DNA of 64,000 bases from an uncultured Chloroflexia bacterium (lineage in GTDB: Bacteria > Chloroflexota > Limnocylindria > Limnocylindrales > CSP1-4). Shown here piece by piece: positions 61,801 to 64,000 of the stretch (position 1 is the first letter of the stretch; each line of letters starts with the position of its first letter). The DNA lies in assembly GCA_963819655.1 (NCBI GenBank), contig CAWFXA010000001.1, forward strand, positions 320,001-384,000, in the 5' to 3' direction. The notes beneath the pieces are model-generated. The model was not told the DNA's origin, made no database searches, and saw only the letters and a list, made by a program, of their open reading frames with translations. Position numbers and translations under genes: made by a program.

Positions 61801-61992
61801 GGCGGCATCTGCGACGGCGACTCGGTGGTGACGATCGACGCGACGTTGTCGACGGTCAGCGTCCACGCGACGCGGCAGGAGCCGTGTGATCTCACGGGCG
61901 TTGAGCGCCGCTTGGTGATCGACGTCGACGGCGCCCTGGACCCCAACGCCATCGAGACGATCTATACCGAGACCGTCACCGGCGCCTCATAA
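58870..61992 (+). CDS. Large putative anti-sigma/sensor membrane protein with repeated Cys-rich extracytoplasmic domains
   Basis: ATGA overlap with the sigma; helical N-terminus, one TM, PTP linker, two V.VRGW..C..C..GH..D.R..C..C..R.V.D.V repeats and two ID.SG...YW.G..CD...C repeats. Confidence 0.75.
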   Translation: MTSPIAPREPWDDRRLAAAFTARAAKTRTPNELVGDVVARVRTEDPPMPVWRRWLPAAAVVVLALGVVAGGVALSGDVRGQGLFREGPRADLKTLATGEFAFDYPAAWHGYDASAAGSGISSVAVLGTQSVERRCGNERHVDLNCVYEQRLEAGQIRLFVGTGAYRGQTIEDRAPIENGTSSRVRVGGMPAIFDEFDARPDSFYGEDTLIHWEIAQPGSAGTNVVRLEAMLREPGVTEGRRQLEALVASFRFTNGPDPSPPPTPEPTPTATPPRLADLRVMTVEELITATESPTPEEVIVRGWLGRSNAIFDCNIEPDPHPLIPRCEEFGLSLFQDPPFVERGTLEPSLPHVVPMLRIDAHADVPAMPGIAVEVLAVGHLLDHRWTTCPEAQQADCKARFVIDRVVAADQPLWDDLPTPWASPDGLPVSGPSEAVGVLSSIVGGVTVVSIGVADADALRSIEWQTRAKPDLQTSWVIRALIGRDAEPIARTFLVGDEGHSTVLEVTETGLVDLIGQPASAPPTEVLGLPVISVEEAIAIRDAGRDDREIAVRGWFPPSRSLRCAYPSPPITFFLEPYCQDGFSVLMAGPETLATGLPGGPHISVDLHDLEMAWYPTADSVEMVAIGHFDDRRSNWCDASRVDACRDRLVVDQVAWAAGAAQPLSVVMRTGTGDPAFGPVDAAITATTEAAILSSAAYRAWELMEIEPSLRDGRPGITDEPILWSVQVLEDERAATYVVVDGTDRVYRVETDGQTVQVGGTPLEDPARSWPPEGVLDVPMPEGGTGLTPKAGVIDRSGLLVEARAAGEADPGRPITELDPGEMAIVQAAPDTVVAYWNGSLCDDRFVLTLYGRGPSEAPDRLELRGERADLCRLALVRYGIRLRFSQPVDAASIRGWDRVGTPFEAFPPVDSTVVFLPKDGGFELPKVRAALIDLSGRVTAVRAIGPDDPRVLDLEAQGKVVWIRDRQLVGRYHLYWTGGICDGDSVVTIDATLSTVSVHATRQEPCDLTGVERRLVIDVDGALDPNAIETIYTETVTGAS

Positions 61993-63338
61993 GCGACCCG
62001 CCCCGCGGCCATCGTTAGCAGCACCCGGCCTGCGAGGTCCATCCCGAGCAACGGCGTGTTCTTGCCCTTCGAGAGCAGCGCGTCGGCGGACGGCGACCAG
62101 CGCTCCGAGCGATCGAAGACGACAAGGTCCGCCTGCACCCCTTCGACCAGCCCGCGCGACCGGCCGATCACAGCCGCCGGCCCCACCGTAAGTGCCGCCA
62201 CCGCCCGGCTGAGCGTGAGCTCGCCCGCGTCGACGGCCGCAAGCACGAGTCCGAGGGCCGTCTCGATGCCACCGATCCCATTCGCGGCGAGCCCGAACTC
62301 GACGGCCTTGTCGACCTCGGTGTGCGGTGCATGGTCGGTGGCGATCGCATCGGCGGTCCCATCGGCGAGGGCCGCGAGGCACGCCAGGGCATCGGATGGG
62401 CTACGCAATGGCGGATTGACCCGGAGCGAGGACGCGTACGGCGACGCGACGATCGCTTCGTCGCGCCACGGATCGCCGTCCGCACCTGGCTCCCATGCGA
62501 ACCGCCGCGCCCCAGCGACCCACTCGTCGGTGAGGGCGAGATGGTGGGGCGTCACGTCGCATGTCACGGGGAGTCCGGCAGCCTTCGCGCGACGGATCAG
62601 CTCCAGGGCGCCGGATGTCGAGACATGGGTGAGGTGGAGCCTTGTCCCGGGCACGTCACGGCGCACGTCAGCGAGGATCGCGAGATCGCGGGCCACCGCG
62701 GCCTCCTCGGCCGACGCGGGCCAGCCGCGCAGCCCGAGCACGGTCGCGACGATCCCGTCGTTCGCCTCGGCGCCGTCGGTCTGGGTCGCGTCCTCCGGGT
62801 GATCGACCACAGGCAGTCCGAGCGCTCCCGCGTACGCGAGCGCGTTCCGCAGGATCTGCGCGGAGCGGACTGGCGAGCCGTCGTCGGAGAAGCCGACGAC
62901 CCCGGCATCCGCCAGCTCGCCGAGCGCCGCGAGCGTCTCCCCTGCCCGACCGACGGTCACCGCGCCATGCGCCAGCAACTCGACCGGCGATCCGGACGAC
63001 GCGGCGGCCCCGCGGATCGCCGCGAGCACGCCCGGCTCGTCGAGCGCCGGGGTCGTATTCGGCATTGCGCAGACCGTCGTGAAGCCGCCGTGCGCGGCGG
63101 CGGCGAGACCAGTGGCGACCGTCTCGGCATCCTCGTTGCCCGGCTCCCGGAGGTGCGCGTGCAGGTCGATGAAGCCCGGGGCGACCACGACGCCGGTGGC
63201 GTCGACGCCGTCGGCGTCCGAGCCCTCGAGCCAGGTGACCGCCTCGAGAATCCCGTCGCGCACGACGATCTCGCCCGGCCCCTCACGGCCGCTCGCCGGA
63301 TCGACGACCCAGACCCGGCTCAGATCGAGGTCGGTCAC
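61987..63338 (-). CDS. pyrC: Dihydroorotase
   Basis: PGFIDLHAHLREPG, AA.GGFTTVCAMPNT, FSDDG, DVTPHHL, VNPPLR, ATDHAPH, SK.KNTP. Confidence 0.95.
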
Positions 63339-64000
63339 GAGCGCGGCACCCCGGCCAGGAGGTAGAGCAGCGCCATCCGGATCGCGACGCCGTTCGTCAC
63401 CTGATCCGTGATGACCGATTGGGCCCCGGCGGCCACATCGGGCGCGATCTCGACGCCCTCGTTCATCGGCCCAGGATGCATGACGAGGGCTCCGGGCTTC
63501 GCGGTCGCCAGTCGCGCGGCGGTCAGCCCGTACCGTGCCGCGTATTCCCGGAGCGACGGCAGCAGCCCGGAGGCCATCCGCTCGCGCTGGATGCGGAGCG
63601 CCATGACGGCATCGGCGTCGCGCAGCGCGTCGTCGATCGAGCTGGTCACCGTGAACCGCCGCCCCGCGGCAGCTCCCCGTCCCGCCCACGCCTCGAACCC
63701 GCGCAGCAACGTGGCGGGTCCACACAGCCAGAGGTCGGCCCTCGCCGCCGTCAACGTCCATATGTTCGAGCGGGCGACTCGCGAATGCATCACGTCGCCC
63801 AGGATCACGATCTTGCGGCCCGCCACCGAGCCCCCAGGCAGATGCCCACGCAACGTATACAGGTCCAGCAGCGCTTGGGTCGGATGGGCGTGCCAGCCGT
63901 CGCCGCCGTTCAGCACCGACCCGCCGAACACCTCGGCCGCGAGGTACGGAGCTCCGCTGACGCTGTGGCGCATCACCAGCATCTGGGCCCCCAGCGCCTC
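63335..64000 (-). CDS. pyrB: Aspartate carbamoyltransferase catalytic subunit (5' part outside the window)
   Basis: V.RH, N.GDG...HPTQALLD, GD..HSRVARS, LR.Q.ER, MHPGP.N.GVE, QV.NGV..RMA.L. Confidence 0.95.
   Translation of the reverse strand, partial: EALGAQMLVMRHSVSGAPYLAAEVFGGSVLNGGDGWHAHPTQALLDLYTLRGHLPGGSVAGRKIVILGDVMHSRVARSNIWTLTAARADLWLCGPATLLRGFEAWAGRGAAAGRRFTVTSSIDDALRDADAVMALRIQRERMASGLLPSLREYAARYGLTAARLATAKPGALVMHPGPMNEGVEIAPDVAAGAQSVITDQVTNGVAIRMALLYLLAGVPRS

Overview
Very GC-rich, gene-dense bacterial chromosomal window with about 60 CDS. I saw no rRNA, tRNA, cas, transposase or integrase genes. Gene content (F420-type LLM oxidoreductases, NiSOD, fused heme A/heme O synthase, ECF sigma/anti-sigma pairs, LysM protein with an N-terminal Cys/His motif) suggests a high-GC Chloroflexota such as Limnocylindria/Ellin6529; this is inference. 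Housekeeping content: GH13 glycosidase, lysA, sodN/sodX, MarR-MFS, xth, a potABCD-like polyamine ABC transporter, a Rieske oxygenase with a DmdA/GcvT-like demethylase, a beta-CASP RNase, ctaA-ctaB, and a split pyrimidine cluster (pyrB-pyrC ... pyrK-pyrD-pyrE). The best candidate for an undescribed system is a coupled four-gene cassette at 15155-21020: RraA/HMG-aldolase-like, D-Asp-ligase-like ATP-grasp, an IDH/IPMDH-family dehydrogenase with altered motifs, and a Wzx-type flippase fused to a cyanophycin-synthetase-like ATP-grasp, with no glycosyltransferase nearby. Other signals: a pervasive TANNNT-N6-8-start (leaderless) promoter pattern, two probable non-canonical starts (CTG for lysA, ATC for an ECF sigma), a 1040-aa modular Cys-rich anti-sigma-like sensor, an acidic tandem-domain protein coupled to pyrK, an archaeal-type DUF5612/ACT pair, a palindromic motif repeated at an exact 72-bp period, and several 90-180 bp intergenic long-hairpin elements. 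All family assignments come from motif recognition by eye, not from database searches.
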